Part shown: positions 18,750 to 27,867 of the stretch, in pieces
Layout: every line of letters starts with the position of its first letter
Numbering within the stretch: position 1 is the stretch's first letter
Origin: Okeania sp.
GTDB lineage: Bacteria > Cyanobacteriota > Cyanobacteriia > Cyanobacteriales > Microcoleaceae
NCBI RefSeq assembly: GCF_035285525.1
Contig: NZ_JAYKGW010000104.1
Location: forward strand, 31,898-63,897
Length of the DNA stretch: 32,000 bases
Direction of reading: 5' to 3'
Notes under the pieces: generated by a model
What the model was told of the DNA's origin: nothing
The model's database searches: none
Seen by the model: only the letters and a program-made list of their open reading frames with translations
Made by a program: the position numbers and the translations under genes

Positions 18750-19922
18750 ATGTCATCAAAAATACTTGTTGTAGATGATGAACCAGATTTTGAATCACTT
18801 ATCATCCGTAACTTTAGAAAACAAATAAAGCAAAAAAAACTGAATTTTATTTTTGCTAGAGATGGTCTAGAAGCACTAGAAATATTATCAGAAGAAACCA
18901 GTATAGACATCGTACTAACCGATCTTAATATGCCATTAATGGATGGATTAAATTTATTAGATAATCTACAAGTTAAATATCCAGATATCAAGGCAGTAAT
19001 TATTTCTGCTTATGATGATATGGAAAAAATTAGATCTGCAATGAATAGAGGTGCTTTTGATTTTTTGACTAAACCTATAGATTTTCAAGATTTAGAAATA
19101 ACGATTAAAAAAACATTAGCCAATGTTCAACAACTCAAAGAAAATAAACGTTTAAAGCAACAAAAAAATGAAGCAGAAGCAGCAAATAAAGCTAAAAGTA
19201 TATTTCTAGCAAATATGAGCCATGAATTACGAACACCATTAAATGCTATTATTGGTTACAGTGAAATTTTAATAGAAGATGCTAATGATTTAGGGGATGA
19301 AGGTTTTATCCGAGACCTGGAAAATATTCATACTTCTGGGAAACACTTATTAACTATAATTAATGATATTCTCGACCTTTCCAAAATTGAAGCTGGTAAA
19401 ATGGATATTCACTGGGAAAGTGTGAATATTATGGTGTTAATTGAAAATGTTTTAGCAACTATTCAACCTTTGGTTGAGCACAATAATAATAAATTAGAAA
19501 TAATCTGCGAAGATAATCAAGAACCTATTATTGCAGACTCTAATAAAATGCGACAAGTAGTTTTAAATCTTCTGAGCAATGCTGCAAAATTTACAGAAAA
19601 TGGCAAAATAGTTTTACAAGTTAAAGTTGTTAATAATGATGAGGGTTTTATTTCTCAAAATGGAAATTGTAATTCTACAAATAAGCTGTTAGTTTTAAGT
19701 GTTACTGATACTGGTATAGGTATATCAAAAGACAAAATAGATAGTTTATTTCAACCATTTACTCAAGCAGATAATTCGACAACTAGAAAATATGGAGGAA
19801 CTGGTTTAGGTTTAGCTATTAGTCAGCACTTTTGTAAAATGATGGGTGGAGATATTACTGTTGTAAGTGAAGTTAATCAAGGTTCTACATTTACTGTGAG
19901 ATTTCCTGTTTCTCAAAAGTAA
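18750..19922 (+). CDS. receiver-first hybrid histidine kinase (REC + HisKA + HATPase_c), no sensor or TM domain
   Basis: 390-aa ORF. The receiver has [12 protein letters not shown] and the H-box reads [17 protein letters not shown]. The N-box is [10 protein letters not shown]1 is DTGIGI and G2 is GGTGLGLAI. Confidence 0.9.
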   Translation: MSSKILVVDDEPDFESLIIRNFRKQIKQKKLNFIFARDGLEALEILSEETSIDIVLTDLNMPLMDGLNLLDNLQVKYPDIKAVIISAYDDMEKIRSAMNRGAFDFLTKPIDFQDLEITIKKTLANVQQLKENKRLKQQKNEAEAANKAKSIFLANMSHELRTPLNAIIGYSEILIEDANDLGDEGFIRDLENIHTSGKHLLTIINDILDLSKIEAGKMDIHWESVNIMVLIENVLATIQPLVEHNNNKLEIICEDNQEPIIADSNKMRQVVLNLLSNAAKFTENGKIVLQVKVVNNDEGFISQNGNCNSTNKLLVLSVTDTGIGISKDKIDSLFQPFTQADNSTTRKYGGTGLGLAISQHFCKMMGGDITVVSEVNQGSTFTVRFPVSQK

Positions 19923-20066
19923 CCAGTAAGAAGTAACCAGTAAGAAGTAACCAGTAAGAAGTAAAAAGGAAGTAAAAAGGAAGTAAAAAGGAAGGAAGAA
20001 GTAAGAAGTAACAAGTAACAAGTAAGAAGTAACAAGTAAGAAGTAACAAGTAACAAGTAACAAGTA
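19921..20066. repeat. STRR-type heptamer/14-mer array (AACCAGTAAGAAGT x3, then AAAAAGGAAGT x3, then AA(C/G)AAGT units)
   Basis: Read directly. The array overlaps the last two bases of the kinase stop codon (19920-19922). Confidence 0.9.
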
Positions 20067-20590
20067 AATTAAGTCTATAGTTTCTGGTATTTATGTAACT
20101 CTGAATAACTATTTTCAATAATGGATAATTGATAATTGATAATTGATAATTACCTCTCCCTAAAAGGAAGAGGATTGAATACAAGGAAAAAATTTATTTC
20201 TCTTGGTCGATTAGATTGACGAGGATACTTCGCCATCTCACCCTTCGGGAAGCTCCGCTGAAGACCGCTTTTTTCCCTTTAAAGGGGAGGCTTCAAGGCG
20301 TCAATTATTTAATTATTTAATTATTTAATTATTTAATTATTTAATTATTTAATTATTTAATTATTAATTATTCGGTAATTTTTCCATACCTGATTAATTT
20401 TGGTATGATATGATTCAGATCATATTATAAGTAAAGTACATCTTCCTCACACGGAAGAAAAAAAAGTAAATTAAGTCTATAGTTTCTGGTATTTCTGTAC
20501 CTTTGAATAACTAATCTAATTTTTCCATACCTGATGATTTTTACTATGAGCTGAACTGTATTCTATTATGAGTAAAGTCTATTTTTTTCA
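20064..20590 (+). repeat. diverged tandem duplication, period 402 bp (copy A 20064-20465, copy B 20466 to about 20590)
   Basis: GTAAATTAAGTCTATAGTTTCTGGTATTT(A/C)TGTA..GAATAACTA occurs at 20064 and 20466. TAATTTTTCCATACCTGAT..TATTAT(A/G)AGTAAAGT occurs at 20376 and 20517. Confidence 0.85.
20112..20375 (+). mobile_element. composite repeat insertion present in copy A only ((GATAATT)x4, a CCTCTCCCTAAAAGG..GGCTTCAAGGCG element, and (AATTATTT)x7)
   Basis: 264 nt in copy A occupy the place of 3 nt (20514-20516) in copy B. The central element has a relative at 15131-15238(-). No coding capacity. Confidence 0.6.
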
Positions 20591-20947
20591 GAGATATTTA
20601 GGAGCTGTTGAGCAAAGTATTTTTGCCAAAGTAGGTAGTAAGTAGTCAAGAATAATAGGGAATTATAGAAGAGGTACACGGTTCCCGATAAATCAGAAAA
20701 ATTATCCCTTAATTTTTTTGCCTAACTCTCACCTAAATACTAACTTTTAAAACCTTATTAGTCAAAAATATGATACTTTTTTATATTCCCTATTTCCTGT
20801 TCTTGATTTGCTGCAAACTTATACAGCAGATTCCACTTTTGTGAGGTACACCAACGCCAGCTTTCCGGCTCCCTAATTATGAAAATTTAATTATTAAATC
20901 TGTACTTCATATATTATAATATACAAATAATTTTATCTACTTAATTG

Positions 20948-20968
20948 CTGATAACTGATAACTGATAA
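20948..20968. repeat. STRR heptamer (CTGATAA)x3
   Basis: Read directly. Similar CTGATAA units occur at about 7615-7632 and 28650-28668. Confidence 0.85.
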
Positions 20969-20991
20969 CTATTCCCTACTATAAATTAAAG

Positions 20992-23928
20992 ATGTCTGAA
21001 CAAAAACTTTCTTGGCAAATTCCTGTGTATGATCATCTCCCTCATTCATTCATTGAATGTGTCAAAAATTATGCTCCAAAATTATCAGGAAAATATCTAG
21101 CACAATTATTATGGCAGCGACAAATTAAAGATACTAAAAATATCGCAGGATTCTTAGATTCAAAAAAATATAAACCAAGCAGTTCCTTTGAATTTGGTTT
21201 AGAAATTAATAAAGCTATAGAAAGAATTATCTCTGCTAGAAATAATCAAGAAAAAGTTGCTATCTGGGGAGACTTTGATGCAGATGGAATTACTTCAACA
21301 TCCGTACTTTGGGATGGACTAGGAGAATTTTTCGAGAAAAATCATCAACTAACTTATTATATTCCTAATAGATTTACAGAATCTCACGGTTTGAACTTTG
21401 ACGGAATAGAACGCTTATCTAAAACAAATTATAGTTTGATAATTACCTGTGATACAGGAAGTACAAATATTGCTGAAATAGAATATGCAAATACTTTAGG
21501 AATAGATATAATTGTCACTGATCATCACACCCTTCCCCCAGAACGTCCGCCATTATTTGCTATTATTAATCCTCGCTATTTTTCCCCCGATCATCCCCTA
21601 TATAATTTGTCAGGAGTTGGAATAGCTTATAAACTTATCGAAGCACTTTATTTAACCTATCCAGAAATACCTAAACTTCCCCTCACAGAATTATTAGATT
21701 TAGTAGCTATTGGTTTAATTGCTGACTTAGTTCAACTAACAAATGATAGTCGTTATTTAGCACAAATAGGTATTGCCAAATTAAGTACACAATTACACAC
21801 AACTACTAGACCAGGTGTTGCTAAACTATTAGAATTGTGCAAAAAAACAGGCGATCGCCCCACAGATATTTCTTTTGGTATTGGTCCAAGAATTAATGCT
21901 GTAAGTAGAATTATGGGAGATGCTAGTTTTTGTGTGGAACTTTTAACCAGTCGTGACTCTCAAAATTGTCAAAAATTAGCGTTAGAAACGGAAATAGCTA
22001 ACTCTAGGCGCAAATCTATACAAAAAGAGGTGGCTGAAGATGTTGCTAAAAAATTGACAAAATTAGACCTTTCTACTACTCATGTTATAGTTCTCACTGA
22101 TACTCAATGGCCTGTTGGTGTGTTAGGATTAGTTGCTGGCCAAATAGCTCAAGAGTATGGTCGTCCTACTATTTTATTGAATGAGGAAACGGAAGCTACT
22201 AGAACTTCTGAAACAAAATTATTAGCTCGTGGTTCTGCTCGTTCTGTTGGTACAATAGACCTCTATGAATTAGTAAAAAATCAGGCACATTTATTAGATA
22301 GATTTGGCGGTCATCCTTTTGCTGCTGGTCTGAGTTTGCCAGTAGAAAATATTCCGATATTTACAGATGCTATTAATCATTTATTAGGACAAACATTAGG
22401 GGTAAGTTTTAACCAAACCTCTATACTAGAAGTAGATTTAATTGTGACTGTATCTGAGTTAGGTAAAGATTTATTTCAAGAACTGAAACTTTTAGAACCT
22501 TGTGGTATTGGAAACCCCGTGCCTAAACTTTTGATTCAAAATTGTTGGTTTACTGATGTTTGGCATCGGAACCAAAAAGATTTATGGGGTAATAAGGTTA
22601 GATATATTAAAACAAATTTTGAGATTTGCGATGAGTCTATAGGTAAGGGTTTTCCTGGTATTTGGTGGGGTCATTATAAAGATGAAGTTCCGGAAGGAAT
22701 ATGTGATGCGTTAGTGGAATTAGATTTTAATACTTACGAGAAACGTTATGAAGTTCGACTTATTGCTGTACAGTCTAGTTGTCAAGATACTCAGGTTATT
22801 GTATCGAAACCTGTTGATTGGATATTGGACTGGCGTGGAGAAATTCAAAATTCAAAATTCAAAATTAAGAAGTATTTTCCTACTGTGGGAAGTCAAAATT
22901 CCCAATTGAATAATTCTAACTATAGTTCCACAGATTTACCTAAAGAAATGGAAAGTGGAAAGTTCCCAAAAGAAAACTATTGCGCTATAGAACACTTTCA
23001 CTCATATTTAGCAGAAAATGAAAGCTCAAAATTGAATACTTCCAACAATAGTTCCACAGATTTATCTAAAGAAATGGAAAGAGGAAAATTGCCAAAAGAA
23101 AACTATTGCGCTATAGAAAAGTCTCACTCATCTCTAGCAAAAAATGAAAGCTCAAAAATTAATCATCCTAACTATCGTTCCACAGATTTACCTCCAGAAA
23201 TAGAAAGAGGAAAATTGCCAAAAGAAAACTATTGCGCTATAGAACACTTTCACTCATATTTAGCAGAAAATGAAAGCTCAAAATTGAATACTTCCACAGA
23301 TTTATCTAAAGAAATGGAAAGTGGAAAATTGTCAAAAGAAAACTATTGCGCAACAGAAAACTATCACTCATATTTAGCAGAAAATGAAAGCTCAAAATTG
23401 AATAATTATAATTATCGTTCCATAAATAAATCCAATGAAAAAGACTTAATTATTCTCACAGAATGTCCTACAAACTGGAATGACTTACGCATCTGGTTCC
23501 GCAGAGCTATAAATCAACAAAAAAAACTAGCGATCGCCTACTCCCAACCTCCTAATACCCCCCCCGTAGACATCTGGCAAAAACTCTTAGGAATTGCCAA
23601 ATATCTCAGTCGTACTGGTCAACCTATAACTCGTTATCAACTCCTAAAAAAATTAAGTATTAGTGATGCCACTCTCAAATTAGGATTTAAAGCAATACCA
23701 CATTTTGGTTTTAATGTCAAGTCAAAAGATAGATATCTTTATATAATTCGGAATCCCACCCAAAATCAAAAATTAGAAACCTTATCCCAAAAAGTCCAAA
23801 AGTTCTTAGCAGCAGTATCAGAAGAACAATTTCGGAAAAAATACTTTTGTCAAGTCCCTCTAAAAACAATAGAAACAATTGCAGCCCAAACAATTTTAGA
23901 AGAGACTAATACCTCTATTCCCTTCTAG
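20992..23928 (+). CDS. recJ: single-stranded-DNA-specific exonuclease RecJ with an internal tandem-repeat insertion
   Basis: 978-aa ORF. DHH motifs are GDFDADGITS, DTGS and VTDHH, and the DHHA1 motif is GGHPFAAG. It has a long C-terminal extension. Confidence 0.85.
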   Translation: MSEQKLSWQIPVYDHLPHSFIECVKNYAPKLSGKYLAQLLWQRQIKDTKNIAGFLDSKKYKPSSSFEFGLEINKAIERIISARNNQEKVAIWGDFDADGITSTSVLWDGLGEFFEKNHQLTYYIPNRFTESHGLNFDGIERLSKTNYSLIITCDTGSTNIAEIEYANTLGIDIIVTDHHTLPPERPPLFAIINPRYFSPDHPLYNLSGVGIAYKLIEALYLTYPEIPKLPLTELLDLVAIGLIADLVQLTNDSRYLAQIGIAKLSTQLHTTTRPGVAKLLELCKKTGDRPTDISFGIGPRINAVSRIMGDASFCVELLTSRDSQNCQKLALETEIANSRRKSIQKEVAEDVAKKLTKLDLSTTHVIVLTDTQWPVGVLGLVAGQIAQEYGRPTILLNEETEATRTSETKLLARGSARSVGTIDLYELVKNQAHLLDRFGGHPFAAGLSLPVENIPIFTDAINHLLGQTLGVSFNQTSILEVDLIVTVSELGKDLFQELKLLEPCGIGNPVPKLLIQNCWFTDVWHRNQKDLWGNKVRYIKTNFEICDESIGKGFPGIWWGHYKDEVPEGICDALVELDFNTYEKRYEVRLIAVQSSCQDTQVIVSKPVDWILDWRGEIQNSKFKIKKYFPTVGSQNSQLNNSNYSSTDLPKEMESGKFPKENYCAIEHFHSYLAENESSKLNTSNNSSTDLSKEMERGKLPKENYCAIEKSHSSLAKNESSKINHPNYRSTDLPPEIERGKLPKENYCAIEHFHSYLAENESSKLNTSTDLSKEMESGKLSKENYCATENYHSYLAENESSKLNNYNYRSINKSNEKDLIILTECPTNWNDLRIWFRRAINQQKKLAIAYSQPPNTPPVDIWQKLLGIAKYLSRTGQPITRYQLLKKLSISDATLKLGFKAIPHFGFNVKSKDRYLYIIRNPTQNQKLETLSQKVQKFLAAVSEEQFRKKYFCQVPLKTIETIAAQTILEETNTSIPF
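22909..23424 (+). repeat. in-frame 126-bp (42-aa) tandem repeat, 4 units plus a short partial, inside recJ
   Basis: TCCACAGATTTA recurs at 22927, 23053, 23179, 23293 and (as TCCA only) 23419, giving periods of 126, 126, 114 and 126. The units encode ..STDL(P/S)KEME(S/R)GK(L/F)PKENYCAIEHFHSYLAENESSKLN.. Confidence 0.95.
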
Positions 23929-23974
23929 TTGCTTTACAATAAATTGAAGTTGTGACATAAAATTACCCATAATT

Positions 23975-26185
23975 ATGCTCATCTGTCCCCAATGTGAGTT
24001 TGAAAATCCTAACAATAATAAATACTGCCAAAAATGCGGTAAATCCTTAACCCACAAGAATTGTTATAAATGTGGGTCAAAAGTCTCCTTGACCGATCTA
24101 CAATGTCACAACTGTGGGGCCGATACGGGTCAAGTATGGAAGGCCATTATTAATAAAACTTTGTCCTTAGAGGCGAGTGCCCATCAAACAGAGATTAATC
24201 TAGAGAAACTAGACCAAGAAGAATTTGTTGTCGAAGAAATTTCCTTAACTAAAGAGTCAGCAGCAGATACCATTGATAATGAAGAAAAAGAGTCTGAAGA
24301 AATCATCAAACTCTCCGAACTTTTTGAGGAGAAAATTAGTACAGAAAAAATTATAGAACCTAGTAAGACTCTAGCTATATCACCTTCAGATATAGAATCC
24401 GTAAATCCTCCATTAGAAACAATAACTGAAGTTGATAATCAAACCCAGGATATAGAAGATTCAGATAATTCAAAATCAACAAATGTGGATATCCTCAGCC
24501 AAATTCCTGAAGTAACAACCACAGAAAATGAATCATCCCTAAATAGTACAGAAAATATTTCAAATATATCAGAAAAATACTTAGATTCTGAAGAACGCTA
24601 CCAATTATTAGAAACTATACCAATAAACAACCAAGAACAAACAATAGTTGTACAAGTATTAGATCTTTATCCACTAGAAAACACCCCAATTAGAGCTTGG
24701 TTGAAAAATAACTCTCAAAAAAGATTTAAACAAAAAACTCCCGAAATGGAAGCCTTAATTGTTCCTATGATTGCCCAACCATACATAAATTTATATAGCC
24801 AAATACCCCAATATTTGCCAGAGATTCATGATAGTTGGCGATCGCCAGATCAAGAAATATTACTTGTAACAGACTATAGCAGTTGGCCAAAATTAGTAGA
24901 TTTCTGGAAAACTGAAGATATCTCCCAACAGCAGATTTTATCATGGTTACAGCAAATTACAGAACTTTGGGTAGTCTTAGCTCCCTGCAATTCTTGTCAA
25001 AGTATAGTAGAATATGACAACCTCCTAGTGAATCAAGCTGAGAATAACTTGATTAAGTTACAACGCTTATACTTAGAACCTGATGAAGAAAAAAATGATA
25101 TTAATAACTTAATGCTATTCTGGCAAGGGCTGTTTGAAAAATCCCAACGTACACACTTTAGTTGGATAACAGATTTATTTCAAGGTTGGCAGAATGGCGA
25201 AATACAAACTATCGAAAAATTGCGATCTTATTTAATGAATACTCAAAACAGTTTACAACCTCAACCAATTTCTAAATCTTCACCGACAACTTTGCAAATA
25301 GATGATTCTGCTTCAAAAGTAGTAGATAATATTGAGACTCAAGATACTCAACTTTTACCAACACAACTAATTAGTTTAGAAAGTTCAGGTAAAACTAATG
25401 TAGGTACTCAACGTGACCATAATGAAGATGCTTTTGGGATTCAAACTCAAATAGAAAGTCAACAAACAACTACCGAAAAAATTATTCAGGCAAAAGGAAT
25501 TTATATACTTTGTGATGGTATGGGAGGGCATGCTAGTGGAGAAATAGCTAGTCAGTTAGGGGTAGACACAATTAAACAATACTTTAACACTGAAGGTAAT
25601 TGGTTCGTAGATATGCCTTCAGAGGAAACAATTCGTACAGCAATTCTCAAAGCAAATGAAGTAATTTACGATATTAACCAGCAAGAAATCCGTTCTGGTA
25701 GTAGTCGTATGGGTACTACTTTAGTTATGGCAATGATTTACGATACAAAATTAGCTGTCGCTCATGTAGGAGATAGTCGTCTGTACCGCTTTTCTCGTAA
25801 GGGAGGTTTAGAACAAATTACTTTAGATCATGAAGTAGGTCAAAGAGAAATCAATCGAGGAATTGAAGCAGAAATAGCTTATGGTCGTCCTGATGCTTAT
25901 CAATTAACTCAAGCTTTAGGACCACGAAATGAAAATTTTGTGAGACCTGATATCCAGTTTTTGAATTTAGATGAGGATAGTCTATTAATTTTAGCATCTG
26001 ATGGTTTAACAGATAATCAGCTTTTGGAAAACAATTGGCAAACTCACCTCGAACCACTTTTAGATAAAAAGGCTGATTTGGAGTTGGGTGTAAATAAGTT
26101 AATTGATTTGGCAAATCAGTATAATGGTCACGATAACATTACAGCAATTGCGATCCGTGCCTTAGTTAAACAGCAACAAGACTAG
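23975..26185 (+). CDS. zinc-ribbon / central domain / PP2C-type Ser/Thr phosphatase
   Basis: 736-aa ORF. Four N-terminal CxxC pairs are present (CPQC..CQKC..CYKC..CHNC), followed by an acidic low-complexity linker. C-terminal PP2C motifs are RDHNEDAF, LCDGMGGHASGE, VAHVGDSRLY, LASDGLTD and DNITAIAI. Confidence 0.85.
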   Translation: MLICPQCEFENPNNNKYCQKCGKSLTHKNCYKCGSKVSLTDLQCHNCGADTGQVWKAIINKTLSLEASAHQTEINLEKLDQEEFVVEEISLTKESAADTIDNEEKESEEIIKLSELFEEKISTEKIIEPSKTLAISPSDIESVNPPLETITEVDNQTQDIEDSDNSKSTNVDILSQIPEVTTTENESSLNSTENISNISEKYLDSEERYQLLETIPINNQEQTIVVQVLDLYPLENTPIRAWLKNNSQKRFKQKTPEMEALIVPMIAQPYINLYSQIPQYLPEIHDSWRSPDQEILLVTDYSSWPKLVDFWKTEDISQQQILSWLQQITELWVVLAPCNSCQSIVEYDNLLVNQAENNLIKLQRLYLEPDEEKNDINNLMLFWQGLFEKSQRTHFSWITDLFQGWQNGEIQTIEKLRSYLMNTQNSLQPQPISKSSPTTLQIDDSASKVVDNIETQDTQLLPTQLISLESSGKTNVGTQRDHNEDAFGIQTQIESQQTTTEKIIQAKGIYILCDGMGGHASGEIASQLGVDTIKQYFNTEGNWFVDMPSEETIRTAILKANEVIYDINQQEIRSGSSRMGTTLVMAMIYDTKLAVAHVGDSRLYRFSRKGGLEQITLDHEVGQREINRGIEAEIAYGRPDAYQLTQALGPRNENFVRPDIQFLNLDEDSLLILASDGLTDNQLLENNWQTHLEPLLDKKADLELGVNKLIDLANQYNGHDNITAIAIRALVKQQQD

Positions 26186-26384
26186 AGCTGCTCTACTGAT
26201 AAAAGAATCAACAGTTAATCATAGCAAGATGCAATAATTGCGTCAAGTTTTTATCACAGTTAATTTCAACTGAAAGCCCTGGAAATTATAACTTATGACT
26301 TCTAAATCCTGACTCTTAACTATCACCAAAATATTATAACTGAAATAGGATTGCTATATTAATTATTAAAACTATCTATAAACT

Positions 26385-27602
26385 GTGATTAGGTTAACCC
26401 TCCTAGACCCTCAAAAAAATACTCCTATAAAAAAATGGGACTTTCAGAGAGAATCAATCATAAAAGTTGGTCGTTCTCCTGACAATCATATTGTTTTATC
26501 TGATACTTTAGTTTCCCGATACCATCTAGAACTACATAGAGTATCAAAATCCGTAAATCTTTGGCGCATAATTAGCCAAGGTACAAATGGAACTTTTGTC
26601 AATGGAATTTTGATGTCTCAGGGAATTGTTTCTGATGGTTCCCTGATACAGTTGGCAAGAAGTGGCCCAATTATCAAATTTCAAGTCCAAACTCCTACTG
26701 CTCCCCAAAACCCCAAAAAATGTTGTCCCCGTGCCGAAGATAACCCTCCAGGAAATTTATTTTGCATCTATTGTGGTCAACCAATTCGGGTTGAACGTAG
26801 TATTCGTCAGTATCAAGTATTGCGGACATTGGGTCAAGGTGGGATGGGTACTACCTATTTAGCATGGGATCGGAAGCAACATAATTTACAGGGTATAGAT
26901 GCTTCCCCTACTGCTTCTCTAGTGGTACTCAAGGAAATGAATGCTGACATGGCTCAAATTATGAAAGCTCAAGAATTATTTGAGCGAGAAGCTAAAGCAC
27001 TAAAATCTTTGAATCATCCCGGTATTCCTAAATTCTTCGACTTTTTTGTGGAAGAAGACAAGAAATATTTGGCAATGGAAATGATTCATGGTCAAGATTT
27101 GGAGAAACGCATTGTTACTCAAGGTCCAATTTTGCCACAACAAGGAATAGAGTGGATGATTCAGACTTGCGAGATTCTAGAATACATTCATTCTCAAGAA
27201 CCTCCACTTATTCATCGGGATATTAAACCTGCTAATCTTCTAATCCGCCGCCGTGATAATCAGATCGTGGTTTTAGATTTTGGAGCAGTCAAAGAAATTG
27301 GAACACCTTTAGGTACACGAATCGGTGCAGAAGGTTATAGCGCTCCCGAACAAGACCGCGGACAACCTTTGACTCAATCTGACTTGTATGCGGTGGGTGC
27401 AACTCTGATTTTTGTGCTGACCAGTCAAAGTCCTATGAAGTTTTATGACAATCGTGGTGATGGTTATCGGTTTCATATTGAAAGCGTTCCCACCATTACA
27501 CCACAACTACGAGAGGTGATTGAAAAAGTTACACAACCACTCCCTAGCGATCGCTATCAAACTGCTCCAGAGTTAGCAGAAGCACTAAAGAATTGTCTGT
27601 AA
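26385..27602 (+). CDS. FHA domain / zinc-ribbon / Hanks-type Ser/Thr protein kinase
   Basis: 405-aa ORF with a GTG start per the track. The FHA domain reads GRSPDNHIVL..SRYHLEL..NGTFVNG. A Cys cluster reads CCPR..CIYCG. Kinase motifs are GQGGMGTTYLA, VVLKEM, HRDIKPANLL, DFGAVK and SAPE. Confidence 0.85.
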   Translation: MIRLTLLDPQKNTPIKKWDFQRESIIKVGRSPDNHIVLSDTLVSRYHLELHRVSKSVNLWRIISQGTNGTFVNGILMSQGIVSDGSLIQLARSGPIIKFQVQTPTAPQNPKKCCPRAEDNPPGNLFCIYCGQPIRVERSIRQYQVLRTLGQGGMGTTYLAWDRKQHNLQGIDASPTASLVVLKEMNADMAQIMKAQELFEREAKALKSLNHPGIPKFFDFFVEEDKKYLAMEMIHGQDLEKRIVTQGPILPQQGIEWMIQTCEILEYIHSQEPPLIHRDIKPANLLIRRRDNQIVVLDFGAVKEIGTPLGTRIGAEGYSAPEQDRGQPLTQSDLYAVGATLIFVLTSQSPMKFYDNRGDGYRFHIESVPTITPQLREVIEKVTQPLPSDRYQTAPELAEALKNCL

Positions 27603-27867
27603 CATTATAGTGTTCTACTTAACTAAAGCAATGGGGGTTTTCGGTTGGGGAAACTCCCAACTGTGATTTATATATAAGAAGATATCACCTCTTAATGTTT
27701 TGATAACAATCCTCTTTTCTGTATCAGATTTTATATTTAACAGCTCGCAGTGTTAATTTTTCTTTTTCCTATCCCGTCTTTGTTTTCTAAATTCAGCAAT
27801 ATCCTGATAAGTATGGTCTTCATTATAAAGAAGAGGTAATAATTATTAATTATTAATTATTATTCAA

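Noticed and set aside
19812-20184. Two overlapping minus-strand ORFs (83 and 97 aa) rich in LLVTSY / LLLTCY.
   Set aside because: They are translations of the heptamer (STRR) arrays downstream of the kinase gene. They are periodic, low-complexity and overlap each other, so they are not credible genes.
19921-20366. Possible CRISPR array, given the dense short repeats. The same question applies to 28449-28490.
   Set aside because: The repeat units are 7-14 nt and directly abut each other without unique spacers. This is STRR or microsatellite structure, not CRISPR.
20442-20457. CTTCCTCACACGGAAG resembles the CCUCACAC core of the cyanobacterial sRNA Yfr1.
   Set aside because: Here the motif would sit in the loop and stem of a small hairpin followed by an A-run. 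It does not lie between two stem-loops with a U-tail terminator, so the context does not fit Yfr1.
27753-27845. A minus-strand reading frame gives a protein-like C-terminus (..YNEDHTYQDIAEFRKQRRDRKKKN-stop).
   Set aside because: The frame has no start codon and is closed by a stop about 30 codons upstream. At best it is a gene remnant.
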